Shown: piece by piece, positions 1-10,842 of the stretch
Position numbering within the stretch: the stretch's first letter is position 1
Layout: each line of letters starts with the position of its first letter
Source of the DNA: Methanomassiliicoccaceae archaeon
Lineage (GTDB): Archaea > Thermoplasmatota > Thermoplasmata > Methanomassiliicoccales > Methanomassiliicoccaceae
Length of the DNA stretch: 64,000 nucleotides
Direction of reading: 5' to 3'
NCBI GenBank assembly: GCA_963728405.1
Contig: CAVSJV010000004.1
Span: 128,001 to 192,000, forward strand
Program-made: the position numbers and the translations under genes
Notes under the pieces: generated by a model
Database searches by the model: none
Seen by the model: only the letters and a program-made list of their open reading frames with translations
Told to the model about the DNA's origin: nothing

Positions 1-1203
1 ACCGTGGAGGAAGCAGTCGAGCTTCTTGAACTGCAGGAAGTGATCGATCGTCCGCTGGACAAGTTGTCCGGCGGAGAGTTACAGCGGGTCGCCATCGCCG
101 CCTCATTGATGAAGGATGCCGATACCTACTTCTTTGATGAACCGTCATCCTATCTGGACATCTACCAGCGCATCAAGGTGGCGCGGCTGATCCAATCGCT
201 CGCGGAGACCAAGCAAGTGGTGGTCATCGAGCATGACCTAGCCATCCTCGATTTCCTCGCCGACAACGCCTACCTGGTCTATGGTTCGGAAGGAGCTTAT
301 GGTATCTTCGCCCAGCCCCGCCAGGTCCGCATTGCCATCAACACTTATTTGGACGGCTACATGCGCGAGGAGAACATCCGGTTCCGGGACACTCAGATAC
401 GGTTCGAATCGCATCCTCCCCGCGACCAACAGCTTACCGTGCCGTTGCTCGATTACGACCGGCTGGAGTGCGATTACAAGCAGTTCAAGCTGAAAGTGGA
501 ACCAGGGACCATAAGGATCGGTGAGTCGATCGGCGTGGTAGGTCCCAACGCTATCGGCAAGACCACCTTCGTCAAGATGCTGGCCGGAGTTCAGGAGCCG
601 ACCGCCGGCAAGATCGACAAGAGCGTGCGAGTGTCCTATAAACCGCAGTACATCACTCCCGATTTTGACGGTTCGGTCCTGGACTTATTCCGCATTACAA
701 ATAACGAGTTCTTTGAGTCGGGGTTCTTCGAGAGCGAGATCGCACATCCCCTGATGCTCAAGCGCCTGTACGAGAAGAACGTCAAAAACCTGTCGGGCGG
801 CGAGCTTCAGCGAGTTGCCATCGCCATCTGCCTGTCCAGGGACGCAGACATATATCTGCTGGACGAACCGTCCGCATATCTGGATTCGAACCAAAGGATG
901 GAGGCGGCCAAGACGGTGCGCAGGGTCATGGAGAAGCGGGGGCGCAGTGCGCTCATCGTCGACCATGATATCTATTTCCTAGATATGGTCTCTGACTCCA
1001 TGATGGTATTCTCCGGGAAGCCCGGCAGAGAGGGGCAGGCCAACGGGCCGTTCGACATGCGGGCGGGCATGAACATGTTCCTCAAGCAGGTTGATGTTAC
1101 CTTCCGACGGGATAACGATACCAATCGCCCCCGTATCAACAAGCCCGGTTCGAGGCTGGACCGGGAGCAGAAGGAGAAGGGCGAGTACTATTACAGTAGC
1201 TAG
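1..1203 (+). CDS. ABCE1: Ribosome recycling ATPase ABCE1/RLI (5'-truncated by window edge)
   Basis: Two LSGGELQR signatures, Walker A GPNAIGKTT, C-terminal FRRD...RPRINKPGSRLDREQK..GEYYY. Confidence 0.97.
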   Translation, partial: TVEEAVELLELQEVIDRPLDKLSGGELQRVAIAASLMKDADTYFFDEPSSYLDIYQRIKVARLIQSLAETKQVVVIEHDLAILDFLADNAYLVYGSEGAYGIFAQPRQVRIAINTYLDGYMREENIRFRDTQIRFESHPPRDQQLTVPLLDYDRLECDYKQFKLKVEPGTIRIGESIGVVGPNAIGKTTFVKMLAGVQEPTAGKIDKSVRVSYKPQYITPDFDGSVLDLFRITNNEFFESGFFESEIAHPLMLKRLYEKNVKNLSGGELQRVAIAICLSRDADIYLLDEPSAYLDSNQRMEAAKTVRRVMEKRGRSALIVDHDIYFLDMVSDSMMVFSGKPGREGQANGPFDMRAGMNMFLKQVDVTFRRDNDTNRPRINKPGSRLDREQKEKGEYYYSS

Positions 1204-1204
1204 A

Positions 1205-1220
1205 GGGGCAAGAAAGCCCC
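1205..1220 (+). terminator. Short GC hairpin after the ABCE1 stop
   Basis: GGGGC-AAGAAA-GCCCC directly after TAG; no strong U-tract. Confidence 0.3.
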
Positions 1221-1555
1221 CGATTTCGTTCAGGGTATGAATTGCCAAAATACCATAGGCAGAGTGATTTAGGTGACCCTCGCTCATTAGTTAGATGCCG
1301 TCATATCATCCTTTTTACCAGTGGACTGCCGCACTTCAATGTGCCTGCAAGCTCTGGCCTTATATGCCTCGGTCCGCTCCTTCGGGACGACCAGGCAGTT
1401 GACCACGCCAACCATCGTTCAACATCGCGCTGCATCCTTAGTTAGAGGAAGGCGCTGGTCGATTGCACCAAGACTGGGATTGGTGCAAGGGCCGCATTGA
1501 TACGCCCCAGGAGGCTCCGCCGTGAAGGCGGTGTCGTGGGAGCGTCACAATCGAC

Positions 1556-2215
1556 CTAAGAAGGCGGGCAGAACTTCTTCTCAGTTCTCCTTCTCCACAG
1601 GAAGTAGATGGCTAGTGCGACCACGCCAATGACCACAATATACTCCAGGGGGCGATAGAGCGATTCGACCGTCGTCCAGTTCTCCCCCAGGACTAAGCCG
1701 AGGTACGCCAGTGCCATACACCACGGAAGGGAACCGATGGCCGATAGGATCCAGAAGCGGTGGAAGTCCATCTTGGCCATTCCTGCGGGCAGAGAGATAA
1801 AGGTCCTCACCACCGGTAGGAGGCGTGAGCCGAACACGGCCCAGTCGCCATACTTGCGGAACCAGCATTCGGTGGTGTCCAGGTGCTTCTCATTGATATG
1901 GATCCACCGGCCATACTTCAGTATGAATGGTCTCCCGCCTTTCAGGCCGATGTAGTAGGCCAGAACGGACCCGATGGTGCACCCCAATGTACCGGCCAGG
2001 CCGACCAGGAAGGTGTCCAAGAGAGGGTCGCCGAAAAATACCAACTTTCCCTGAAAGACCAGCGCTCCGGCGAAGGTGAGCACGATCTCGCTGGGGACAG
2101 GTAAGCACATGCTCTCAAGTGCCATCAGTCCAACGATGCCGGGAAGGCCTCCTGCTTGGATTATGCTCATGATCAGCTGGACGACCCAAGCGATGATGCC
2201 TTCAATGAAACCCAT
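1556..2215 (-). CDS. DedA family membrane protein
   Basis: LESMCLPVPSEIVL, F.KYG.WAVFGSRLLPVVRTFISLPAG motifs. Confidence 0.93.
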   Translation of the reverse strand: MGFIEGIIAWVVQLIMSIIQAGGLPGIVGLMALESMCLPVPSEIVLTFAGALVFQGKLVFFGDPLLDTFLVGLAGTLGCTIGSVLAYYIGLKGGRPFILKYGRWIHINEKHLDTTECWFRKYGDWAVFGSRLLPVVRTFISLPAGMAKMDFHRFWILSAIGSLPWCMALAYLGLVLGENWTTVESLYRPLEYIVVIGVVALAIYFLWRRRTEKKFCPPS

Positions 2216-2326
2216 TGAGCGGATTCAATCAGGTTCATTTATAAAAACTGTTCTTCGGCGGCGCTCTCCCTCTCCTACGTAAAAGATACATAGGGCTAGG
2301 GGAAATACCATCGTCCAGGGCCAATA

Positions 2327-3513
2327 ATGGAAGCAGTTCGTATCACTGACGGCATATATTGGGTAGGGGCGATCGACTGGAACTGTGCGTAACTTCCATG
2401 GCTATACGACACCCCATGGATCGACCTACAATGCCTACCTTATCACCGGTGAAAAGAACATCCTCATCGACACGGTCAGGAAGCCGTTCCTGGAGGAGAT
2501 GCTGTCCAGGATACGAAGCGTCATCGACCCGAAGAAGATCGATCTCATCGTCTCCAACCATGTGGAGATGGACCATTCTGCTAACCTGCTGGCGATGCAG
2601 CAGCTGACCGGAGCGAAGGTGCTGGCGTCTAAGTTGGGGGTGGAAGGACTGCGTATGCACTACCCCGAGCTGAGGACCGAGCTGGTCGAAGACGGGAAGG
2701 TCATCACCTGCGGGGGCAAGACCTTGAAGTTCATCGACACCCCTATGCTCCACTGGCCCGACTCCATGTTCACCTATGTGGAGGAGGACAAGGTTCTGTT
2801 CAGCATGGACGGGTTCGGGCAGCACTACGCCAACTCCAAGCGTTTCGACGATGAGGTCGACCAGGACGTGCTGTTCCAGGAGGCAGCGAAGTACTATGCG
2901 AACATCATCCTCCCGTTCAATGCTCGCGTCCTCAAGACCGTAGAGAAGATCAAGGACCTGGACATCAAGGTACTAGCCACCTCCCACGGCGCCATCTGGC
3001 GGACGAACCTGGATAGGATCCTGAAATCCTACATCGATTGGGCCAGCTCCCGTACCAGGGAGAAGGCGGTGGTTGTGTATGATACGATGTGGGGCAGTAC
3101 CAAGATCATGGCCGAGGCGATCGCCGACGGTATCGCCTCGGAAGGCGTGGAGGTCCAGATATGGAAGCTGACCGACACCGACCGCAGCTGGGTGATGAAG
3201 GAGGTGCTCGACTCCCGCGCTGTGATCATGGGCTCACCGACACCTCAACAATACCATCTTCCCGACCGTGGCCGACATGATATACTACCTCAAGGGCCTC
3301 CGTCCCACTCACCGCATCGGGGCTGCGTTCGGCTCGTACGGCTGGAGCGGAGGAACGGCCAAGGCCGTGCACGACATTATGCATTCGGGCGGGCTGGAAA
3401 TGCCGTTCGAACCGCTACAGGTCCGCTATATTCCCAGCGAAGGAGATCGGCAGAAGTGCTGGGAGCATGGACAGGCCATTGGGCGGAAGATAAAAGAGAT
3501 GTCTTCTCGCTGA
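2327..3513 (+). CDS. fprA: Flavodiiron protein FprA (A-type flavoprotein); two +1 frameshifts (~2384, ~3242), probably assembly errors
   Basis: ATG 2327 MEAVRITDGIYWVGAIDWN joins RNFHGY..GSTYNAY, NHVEMDHS, PMLHWPDSM, YDTMWGST, GSPT/LNN, FGSYGWSG across three frames. Confidence 0.92.
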
Positions 3514-3633
3514 ACCACTTAGTTAGGACGACCCCGGCGGTGTGAACGGCCCATGTCATCGAAAGGCGCGCCCCCTAGGTAGTTCATAAAAGTAAAAAAG
3601 AGAAAATTATTCGAAAAGATTGGAAGTGTTTGC

Positions 3634-4040
3634 TCACTGCTGCTCCTTCCTCCGCATGGCTACCCGGAATGCTATCAAGAGGATAGCGATCGCCCCCATG
3701 GCGATGAACGACAGGAACATCTCCACACTGTTCGCTTTCGTCGACAAAGTGGCACCCGCGCTCATGGATGATTGGCTTCCCGTCGTGTCGCTATTCATGG
3801 CAGCCATCCGATAGTAGGCCGTTCCGTCCGGAGCGCTGGTATCGGTGAAGCTCCTCACCTCACTGCCGTTGACCATCTCCTCAGGACCTCCGAGCTCGGC
3901 GTCGGGCCACGACCGCTGGAAGTGTTACCAGATGGCATGGTCCAGTTGAGGAACACATTGTTGCCGTTCCGCACGATGTTCAGGTCGGTCGGACCAAAGG
4001 GGTCGGTGAAGGACGTGGCGTACCATGCGCGGGAGTAACC
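3634..4040 (-). pseudogene. C-terminal remnant of an Fn3-like surface protein with membrane anchor (5' boundary approximate)
   Basis: PFGPTDLNIVRNGNNVFLNWT, then frameshift to FTDT..GTAYYRMAAMNS, hydrophobic helix and RRK tail. Confidence 0.55.
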
Positions 4041-4240
4041 GTTTTAGCCGGCCCAGTTGTGGGCGATCACCTGGTATTACCGGGTGACGTCCTTGGCGAC
4101 CGAATCAACATACGAGGTGACGCTACAAAAGGTGGACCAGCAGGTCCATCCTTTCTTATGACGTGGCCGTTTAATGATAAAATAAAAGAGGGTTTTGGAA
4201 GAGTGCGGGCGCGATGGCCGCATTTTGCGGTGCTTCATGA

Positions 4241-5497
4241 TCAAGCGGGGGCCTTGGATCCGTTGGTCTTGACCTTGGACTTAGCGGCCACGGCGGGCTT
4301 CAGCCCGACGGCCTTGCGCAGGGCATCGGCCCGGTCCACCTTCTCCCAAGTGAACTCTGCGTCCTTGCGTCCAAAGTGTCCATAGGCGGCGGTCTTCTTG
4401 TAGATCGGCCGGCGGAGGTTCAGCACCTCCATGATGCTGTCGGGAGTGAGGTCGAACACCTCGGTCACGGCCTGGGCGATCTTGTCCTCGGGAACCAACG
4501 CGGTGCCCTTGGAGTCGACCATGACCGATACGGGCTCGGCCACACCGATGGCGTAGGCGACCTGTACCTCGACCTGCTTGGCGAGCCCGGCGGCCACGAT
4601 GTTCTTGGCTATATACCGGCACATGTAGGCGGCTGAGCGGTCGACCTTAGTGGGGTCCTTTCCGGAGAACGCCCCGCCACCGTGGCGGCCCATGCCACCG
4701 TAGCTGTCGACGATGATCTTGCGGCCCGTGACCCCGGAATCACCGCACGGCCCGCCGATGACGAACCGGCCGGTGGGGTTGATGAAGAACTTGGTCTTGG
4801 CGTCGACCCACTTGCCGCAGACCGGCTTGATGACCTTCTCCTTGAGGGCCTTCTCTATGATGTCGTGGACCTCGTTGTCGTTGGCCTTGCCGTCGATGAC
4901 GGGGTCATGCTGGGTGGAGACCACCACGGTGTCGATCCGCTTGGGGACATTACCCTCATACTCCACGGTGACCTGGGTCTTCCCGTCAGGGCGAAGCCAC
5001 GGCAGGGTGCTGTCCTTGCGGACCTTGGCCAGTTGCATCGCTAGCTTCTGAGCCATCAAGGCGGACAAGGGCATGAGCTCGGGGGTCTCGTCCGTCGCGT
5101 AGCCGAACATGAGGCCTTGGTCACCGGCACCGGTAGCCAGCTTCTTCCCCTTCTTCTTCCGGCACACGCCCATGTCGATATCGGCCGACTGGTCGTGGAT
5201 AGAGATCAGTACAGATACATGATCGGCATCGAAGCCGTACTCCGGCCGGCAGTAGCCGATATCCCGCACGGTCTGGCGGATGACCTTGTCAGCGTCGATG
5301 TGAACGTTCTTGCACGGGTCGGTCTTGACCTCACCGACCACGACGACCATGCCAGTAGTGGTCATGGTCTCGATGGCCACGTGGGCCTCGGGGTCCTGGG
5401 CCAAGTAGGCATCCAGGATGGCATCGGATACTTGATCGCATAGCTTGTCCGGATGACCTTCGGTCACGGACTCGGATGTGAACAGATGTCTTCCCAT
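4241..5497 (-). CDS. metK: S-adenosylmethionine synthetase, bacterial/eukaryotic type
   Basis: [44 protein letters not shown]. Confidence 0.97.
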   Translation of the reverse strand: MGRHLFTSESVTEGHPDKLCDQVSDAILDAYLAQDPEAHVAIETMTTTGMVVVVGEVKTDPCKNVHIDADKVIRQTVRDIGYCRPEYGFDADHVSVLISIHDQSADIDMGVCRKKKGKKLATGAGDQGLMFGYATDETPELMPLSALMAQKLAMQLAKVRKDSTLPWLRPDGKTQVTVEYEGNVPKRIDTVVVSTQHDPVIDGKANDNEVHDIIEKALKEKVIKPVCGKWVDAKTKFFINPTGRFVIGGPCGDSGVTGRKIIVDSYGGMGRHGGGAFSGKDPTKVDRSAAYMCRYIAKNIVAAGLAKQVEVQVAYAIGVAEPVSVMVDSKGTALVPEDKIAQAVTEVFDLTPDSIMEVLNLRRPIYKKTAAYGHFGRKDAEFTWEKVDRADALRKAVGLKPAVAAKSKVKTNGSKAPA

Positions 5498-5568
5498 CAA
5501 AATCACTCTTTTAGCTTAGAAGACACAAGAGACTATATATATTTTAACGCATCATTTACTGCATAAAG

Positions 5569-5587
5569 TTATAACTGCGGGTTATAA
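5569..5587. promoter_or_regulatory. Perfect inverted repeat TTATAAC-N5-GTTATAA, candidate operator
   Basis: Read directly; abuts the regulator ATG at 5588 in the 90-bp divergent metK intergenic region. Confidence 0.6.
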
Positions 5588-6109
5588 ATGGACCTATCCG
5601 AGATCAAGAGGCTGAGGCAGAAAGTAGGCATGTCCCAGACTGCCCTGGCTAAGAAGGCCGGGGTGTCCCAGGCACATATTGCAAAGATAGAGTGCGGTAA
5701 AGTGGACCCCCGCTTCTCGACGGTCGAAAAGATCCTCCGCTGCCTTAAGGAGGAAGAGAAGGACCATTGTGCGAAGTACATGACCGCCACCATCTATGGC
5801 GTCCAGGCCACCGACAGTGTAGGATCGGCGGCCCATCTGATGCGAGAGAAGGGCGTATCGCAGCTGGTGGTGTTCAAAGGAGAGGTCATCGTCGGACTGA
5901 TCACCGAGGAGGACCTGCTCCGGTTCCAAGGAGATACTCCGGGCACAGCGGCCGAACAGGTTATGAGCGACCCCCCGCCCACCGTTTCGAAGAATGCCAG
6001 CTCCGACACCGTCCGCGAGCTTCTACTAGAGTTCCCGGCCGTGGTAGTGATGGACCGAGAGAAAGCGGCGGGCATCCTGACCAAATCGGACCTCATTAAG
6101 AGAAGTTAG
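5588..6109 (+). CDS. XRE-type HTH + CBS-pair transcriptional regulator
   Basis: LRQKVGMSQTALAKKAGVSQAHIAKIE HTH; CBS motifs GLITEEDLL and GILTKSDLI. Confidence 0.92.
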   Translation: MDLSEIKRLRQKVGMSQTALAKKAGVSQAHIAKIECGKVDPRFSTVEKILRCLKEEEKDHCAKYMTATIYGVQATDSVGSAAHLMREKGVSQLVVFKGEVIVGLITEEDLLRFQGDTPGTAAEQVMSDPPPTVSKNASSDTVRELLLEFPAVVVMDREKAAGILTKSDLIKRS

Positions 6110-6165
6110 TGTGTAAAATTCGCACAACGAATCGCTTATATGTCTGGATCCTTTTAACATAGGCC

Positions 6166-7086
6166 GTGCAGGGAAAAGCGGACATCCACGTTCACACTAA
6201 GTATTCGGGCGTCCACAAGATGGGGCCGCTGAGATTCCCGGAATCCGTGTCCGACCCGGTGGACGTTATCAAGCGGGCGCGGTCCGCTGGTATGAACGTC
6301 GTCTGCATTACCGACCATAATTCCATCGCCGGGGCCAAGAAGGCTAGGGAGGCGGCCAAGACCATCGATGGCATCGATGTGGTCATGGGCGAGGAGGTCA
6401 GCTCTGCGGATGGCGAGATCCTGGGACTGTTCATCGAGGAGGAGATCCCCGCCGGGCTGTCCGCCGAGGAGACCATCGCCCGCATTCGCTCCCAGGGCGG
6501 TGTGGTCATCGCCCCTCATCCATTCAGTTTGCACTGCCCCTGCCTGGGCGAGAGGATCGAGGAGCTGGGGGTGGACGGGATCGAGGTGCTGAATGGCGGC
6601 CACATCGACGACTACGCCAACCCGCGCGCTGAGAAGGCCGCCGAATCGGGCAAGTTCGCCCGCATGGGCGGTTCCGATTCCCACTACTTGAAGACCATCG
6701 GCTCGGCCTACACGATGTTCGAGGGTACCACCGCCGAGGACTTCCGGCGGGAGGTCCTGGCCAAGCGGACCTCAGCAGGCGGAAAGGTCATTCCGCTGGA
6801 CAAGGCCGTCGCCTGGAGCGTAGGGGTGGTCCTGGCCTCGGACATCCTGATCTTGCGTTCCTTCGTCGGGTTGGACAAGGAACCGACAGACGACCCCATC
6901 CTATGGCGGGTCCAGAACATGAAGCTGGGACAGAAGGTCGGCGCACTGGTCGGCTCGCTGATCTACTTCCTGCCCCCCGTACCATTCATCATCGGGCTCA
7001 TGAGCCAGCGGCTCCTGGACCACAAGGCTGACGATGAACGTGAGGCCAATGGAAAGGGGCTCGGACGATTGGGGCCGTTCTACTGA
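6166..7086 (+). CDS. PHP-family metal-dependent phosphoesterase with hydrophobic C-terminus
   Basis: DIHVHT, ITDHN, PHP, GGSDSH motifs. Confidence 0.9.
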   Translation: MQGKADIHVHTKYSGVHKMGPLRFPESVSDPVDVIKRARSAGMNVVCITDHNSIAGAKKAREAAKTIDGIDVVMGEEVSSADGEILGLFIEEEIPAGLSAEETIARIRSQGGVVIAPHPFSLHCPCLGERIEELGVDGIEVLNGGHIDDYANPRAEKAAESGKFARMGGSDSHYLKTIGSAYTMFEGTTAEDFRREVLAKRTSAGGKVIPLDKAVAWSVGVVLASDILILRSFVGLDKEPTDDPILWRVQNMKLGQKVGALVGSLIYFLPPVPFIIGLMSQRLLDHKADDEREANGKGLGRLGPFY

Positions 7087-8494
7087 TCAGTGCTGGTGCA
7101 CATGCTCGGGGCCTATCGCTTCCGGGTCCATGAGCCGCCCTAACGCACCGATCAACACTTCGCTCAGGGCAGGATGGATCACCTGGCTGCGGGCCATCGG
7201 CAGGTAGCTCTGGTCGCCTGCGTTCATCAGGTACACAATCTGTTGGACCAGGAGGTCCGCTTCCTTGCCGACGATGTGCGCTCCCAGGATGCGTCGGGTG
7301 CCCTTCTCCACCACCACTTTGACCAGTCCATGATCGTCGCCCATGGCGTTGCCCTTGGCCACATTGGCATACCGGTTCACCCCGACCAAGTACTTGAGGC
7401 CGGAGGCCTTGGCCTCTTCTTCGATCATGCCCACGCTTCCAACCGTTGGGTAAGTATAGATGGCGTGAGGGATGGCATGCTCGTCCGTGGCCGCTTTGTT
7501 GGGAGCGGACATATTGTACCAGACGACCTGGCTCTCGTAGTTCGCGGTGTGGCGGAACATATGGCGGCCGGTGATGTCCCCCAGGGCCCAAATGCCGGCC
7601 ACAGTTGGTCTCTAGGAACGCATTGACCTCGATAAATCCGGCCGCGTTGGTACTGATCCCAGTGGCCTGGACGTTCAGAAGGTCGGCGTTGCTCTGCATC
7701 CCTGCCCCGATGAACAGCATCTCCGCCTGCTCCTCTTCGACCTTCCCGGACTCCCGATCGGTCCTGACCACCGTGAACCCGTCGGCGCCCTTACGCACCT
7801 GGTCCACCGCCTGGTTGGTGCTGATCCGCACATGCTCGCCCAGCTTCTTCTTCACAACAAAGCTGATCTCCGGCTCTTCGTCAGGCACCAACCGGACATT
7901 TCTCTGTATTATCGATACATCTACTCCCAATGCGGAGAAGAAGTGCCCGAACTCGCAGGACTTGTAGCCGCCGCCGATCATGATCATGCTCTTCGGCAGT
8001 TTGGTGATGTCGAAGATGGTCTCCGAGGTGGTGTAGGGGACATCCGCCAACCCGGGTATCGACGGAATGGACGATCTGGCGCCGGAGGAGATGACGATCT
8101 TGGGGGCGCTGATCGTCCGATCGCCCACCTGGAGCGCCCGTACGCCGACGAACTTGCCAGTGGTAGGATAGAATTTCAACCGGGGGTCCTCTTTCACGGC
8201 CTCTTCCATGTGGCCGCGGTCCCCCAGCACCAGGTCCCAGGTCCGCCGCCTGATGAGGTCAAAATCGATGTTCTCCACCTTGGCCGTGATGCCGATCCTG
8301 GCGGCGTCGCCGATCTCTCGTATCACGTCCGCAGGGTAGATCCACATCTTGGAGGGGATACATCCGCGGTTGAGGCAGGTGCCTCCCAGGGGTCCGTTCT
8401 CGACCAAAGCCACCTTCTGGCCCGCATTGACCGCCTGGTCCACGATGTTCATCCCTGCCCCGGAACCGATGATTATAAGGTCGTACTCTTCCAC
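7087..8494 (-). CDS. Dihydrolipoamide dehydrogenase/mycothione reductase-like disulfide oxidoreductase; +1 frameshift ~7603
   Basis: GSGAG, GGTCLNRGCIPSK, IWALGD, C-terminal IHPALSE. Confidence 0.9.
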
Positions 8495-8812
8495 CTTAAC
8501 CCCGTTTCATCAAATGCACTGGGGGTTAATATTGCCTCTTATGGATGTAAGACTGTTTTTCCACATTATGTTCAAACGGATTCTCAGCCGGTCCGGAGGG
8601 CAGGGACGAGCGTGATTCTTAAACGAATAATCATTCCTTCGCCAGTGCCACCTAAAAATATCCTCCCTCTTGACATATGGCTCTACCTCCCGTTCTTCTG
8701 AAAATAGACGAATATCTAGCATTTTCAGGAATCGCCCACGTTTTGTGCGAGTCCATCTATACATATGACTAGCCCTATCATACAAACTAATCAATTGTAT
8801 ATGATAGAATGC

Positions 8813-8954
8813 TTTATCTAGTGATTTGTCTATGCAAAAAATGCCGGAGCACACAAACAACGAATGAATAAACTTCGAATAAGTCTCGTTCGGGGTGGGT
8901 TTGTCCGGCGACCCGGGACGACCGAGGATCTCGGGATAATGAGGTGACAGAAAG
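8813..8954 (+). promoter_or_regulatory. Probable amtB promoter and long structured leader
   Basis: TTTATCTA TATA-like 8813-8820; GCCGGA/TCCGGC and ACAAAC/GTTTGT complementary arms; SD GAGGTGA before ATG 8955. Confidence 0.5.
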
Positions 8955-10205
8955 ATGGCCTATGACAGTGGATCGATCGCGTGGATACTGATCTCCACGG
9001 CGCTGGTGATGATCATGACCCCCGCAGTGGGGTTCTTTTACGGAGGCATGCTAAAGAAGAACAGCATGCTTTCCATGCTGGGACAGACCCTGATAATCCT
9101 GGGCGTGGTCACCATCACCTGGGTGGTGGTGGGGTTCTCGTTAGCCTTCGGCCCGGACACGGCGGGGCTGATCGGCAACTTTGACTATGTGCTCATGAAC
9201 GGGATCGGCGTGTACTCCGAACCGCCCGCCTCGCTTGTGGCGATCGGTGCGACCACCGTTCCGCCATTACTATACATGATGTTCCAAGGCATGTTCGCGA
9301 TCATTACTGTCGCCCTGATCATCGGTGGCATCGCTGAGAGGATGAAGCTCGCGGCGGTCGCGATCTTCCTGACCATATGGACGGTCGTCATCTACTTCCC
9401 GGTCGCTCACTGGGTGTGGGGCGGTGGGTGGATATTCGACATGGGTGCCCTGGATTTCGCCGGCGGTACGGTCGTTCACATAACTGCCGGTGCGACGGTG
9501 CTTGCCGCCACGCTGGTCATCGGCAAGAGGCTGGTCAAACAGAACAACATGGAAGACCAGGCCCACAACATCCCCTTCGTGGTCCTGGGCGGTGCGCTCC
9601 TGTGGTTAGGCTGGTTCGGTTTCAACGGCGGCAGCGCCCTGGCATCCAACGAGCTGGCCGTTAGCGCCTTCGTGGTCACCCAGATCGCAGCGGCCACGGC
9701 CGGTGTGGTGTGGGGCCTGATATCCTACCTCCACCTGGGCAGGACGAGCGTTCTCGGTATGATCACCGGTGCGGTGGTCGGCATGGTCGCTATCACTCCC
9801 GCATCCGGCTATGTGGACGTCACCGGCGCCCTGCTCATCGGCATCATCGCTCCGTTCTTCAGCTACGGTGCGATCCAGCTCCGCAAGAGGCTTGGCTTCG
9901 ATGATGCTCTAGACGTGTGGGGCTGCCACGGCATCGGTGGCACCGTCGGTGCGATCGCGGTCGGTTTCCTGGCCACCTCGGCGGTCAACCCCGCTGTGGT
10001 CAACAACGGCCTGCTGTACGGGGGCGGGTTCGAACTGCTCACCAAGCAGCTCATAGCGGTCGGGGCGGTGTGGGCCTTCGTGCTAGTGGTGGTCTTTGTC
10101 ATGATGAAGATCATGGTCAAGGTTTGGCCTAACTGGCGCATGACCAAGGAAGAGGAGAGGATCGGCGTTGACATCGTTCAGCACGGCGAGAACGCCTACG
10201 CCTAA
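8955..10205 (+). CDS. amtB: Ammonium transporter
   Basis: FFYGGM, FQGMFAIIT, DFAGGTVVH, LWLGWFGFNGGS, DDALDVWGCHG. Confidence 0.97.
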   Translation: MAYDSGSIAWILISTALVMIMTPAVGFFYGGMLKKNSMLSMLGQTLIILGVVTITWVVVGFSLAFGPDTAGLIGNFDYVLMNGIGVYSEPPASLVAIGATTVPPLLYMMFQGMFAIITVALIIGGIAERMKLAAVAIFLTIWTVVIYFPVAHWVWGGGWIFDMGALDFAGGTVVHITAGATVLAATLVIGKRLVKQNNMEDQAHNIPFVVLGGALLWLGWFGFNGGSALASNELAVSAFVVTQIAAATAGVVWGLISYLHLGRTSVLGMITGAVVGMVAITPASGYVDVTGALLIGIIAPFFSYGAIQLRKRLGFDDALDVWGCHGIGGTVGAIAVGFLATSAVNPAVVNNGLLYGGGFELLTKQLIAVGAVWAFVLVVVFVMMKIMVKVWPNWRMTKEEERIGVDIVQHGENAYA

Positions 10206-10218
10206 GGAGGGATGAACA

Positions 10219-10557
10219 ATGAAGAAGATCGAAGCGATAATCAGGCCAGAAAAGCTGAACCAGGTGAAGGCAGCGCTCGAGGCGGTGGATGCCCTAGGCA
10301 TGACCATCTACGATGTGCACGGTCGTGGTGAGCAGAAGGGGCTGGAGTTCATCAACCGGGCTGGAAAGTACCGGGTGGACCTGCTGCCCAAGACGGTCAT
10401 CGAGCTCGTGGTCCCGGACAAGGAAGTGGACATGGTCATCAAGACCATCATCGAAAGTGCCCGATCTGGTGAGATGGGCGACGGCAAGATCTTCGTCACC
10501 GAAGTCGAGCGGTGCATCCGCATCCGCACCGGCGAGGAGAACGACAAAGCACTCTGA
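10219..10557 (+). CDS. glnK: PII nitrogen regulatory protein
   Basis: MKKIEAIIRPEKL, GRGEQKG, GDGKIFV, RIRTGE; directly after amtB. Confidence 0.96.
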   Translation: MKKIEAIIRPEKLNQVKAALEAVDALGMTIYDVHGRGEQKGLEFINRAGKYRVDLLPKTVIELVVPDKEVDMVIKTIIESARSGEMGDGKIFVTEVERCIRIRTGEENDKAL

Positions 10558-10580
10558 AACTTATTCCTCCTAAAAACCAC

Positions 10581-10600
10581 TTCAATTTTTTCCTTTTTTT
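10581..10600 (+). terminator. Oligo-T archaeal terminator after glnK
   Basis: TTCAATTTTTTCCTTTTTTT. Confidence 0.6.
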
Positions 10601-10842
10601 ATAAATTTCATTTATCATGATCTCGGACCTCCGTTTGACAATATGGTCGGGATGAAGGTCAAGTGCACCGTGGAAACTTCTGCAGAGAGATGCGGGGGGC
10701 CTGCACGGTCCGTCCCTAATGTTCCACTTGAGTCCTAAACTGAATCTTGAAACCGGAGACCGCGGATCGAGACCGCATAGTGCTCGAAGAGGGACATCCC
10801 AATTGCACGAGATTAAATAATCGAGGTGCTCCAGCACTATTC

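Noticed and set aside
1242-1555. Intergenic region as SRP or RNase P RNA
   Set aside because: No conserved SRP helix 8 or RNase P motifs recognised; only short unconvincing ORFs.
7832-8701. Long antisense and alternate-frame ORFs here and throughout the window
   Set aside because: Shadow ORFs of GC-rich genes, with no motifs of their own.
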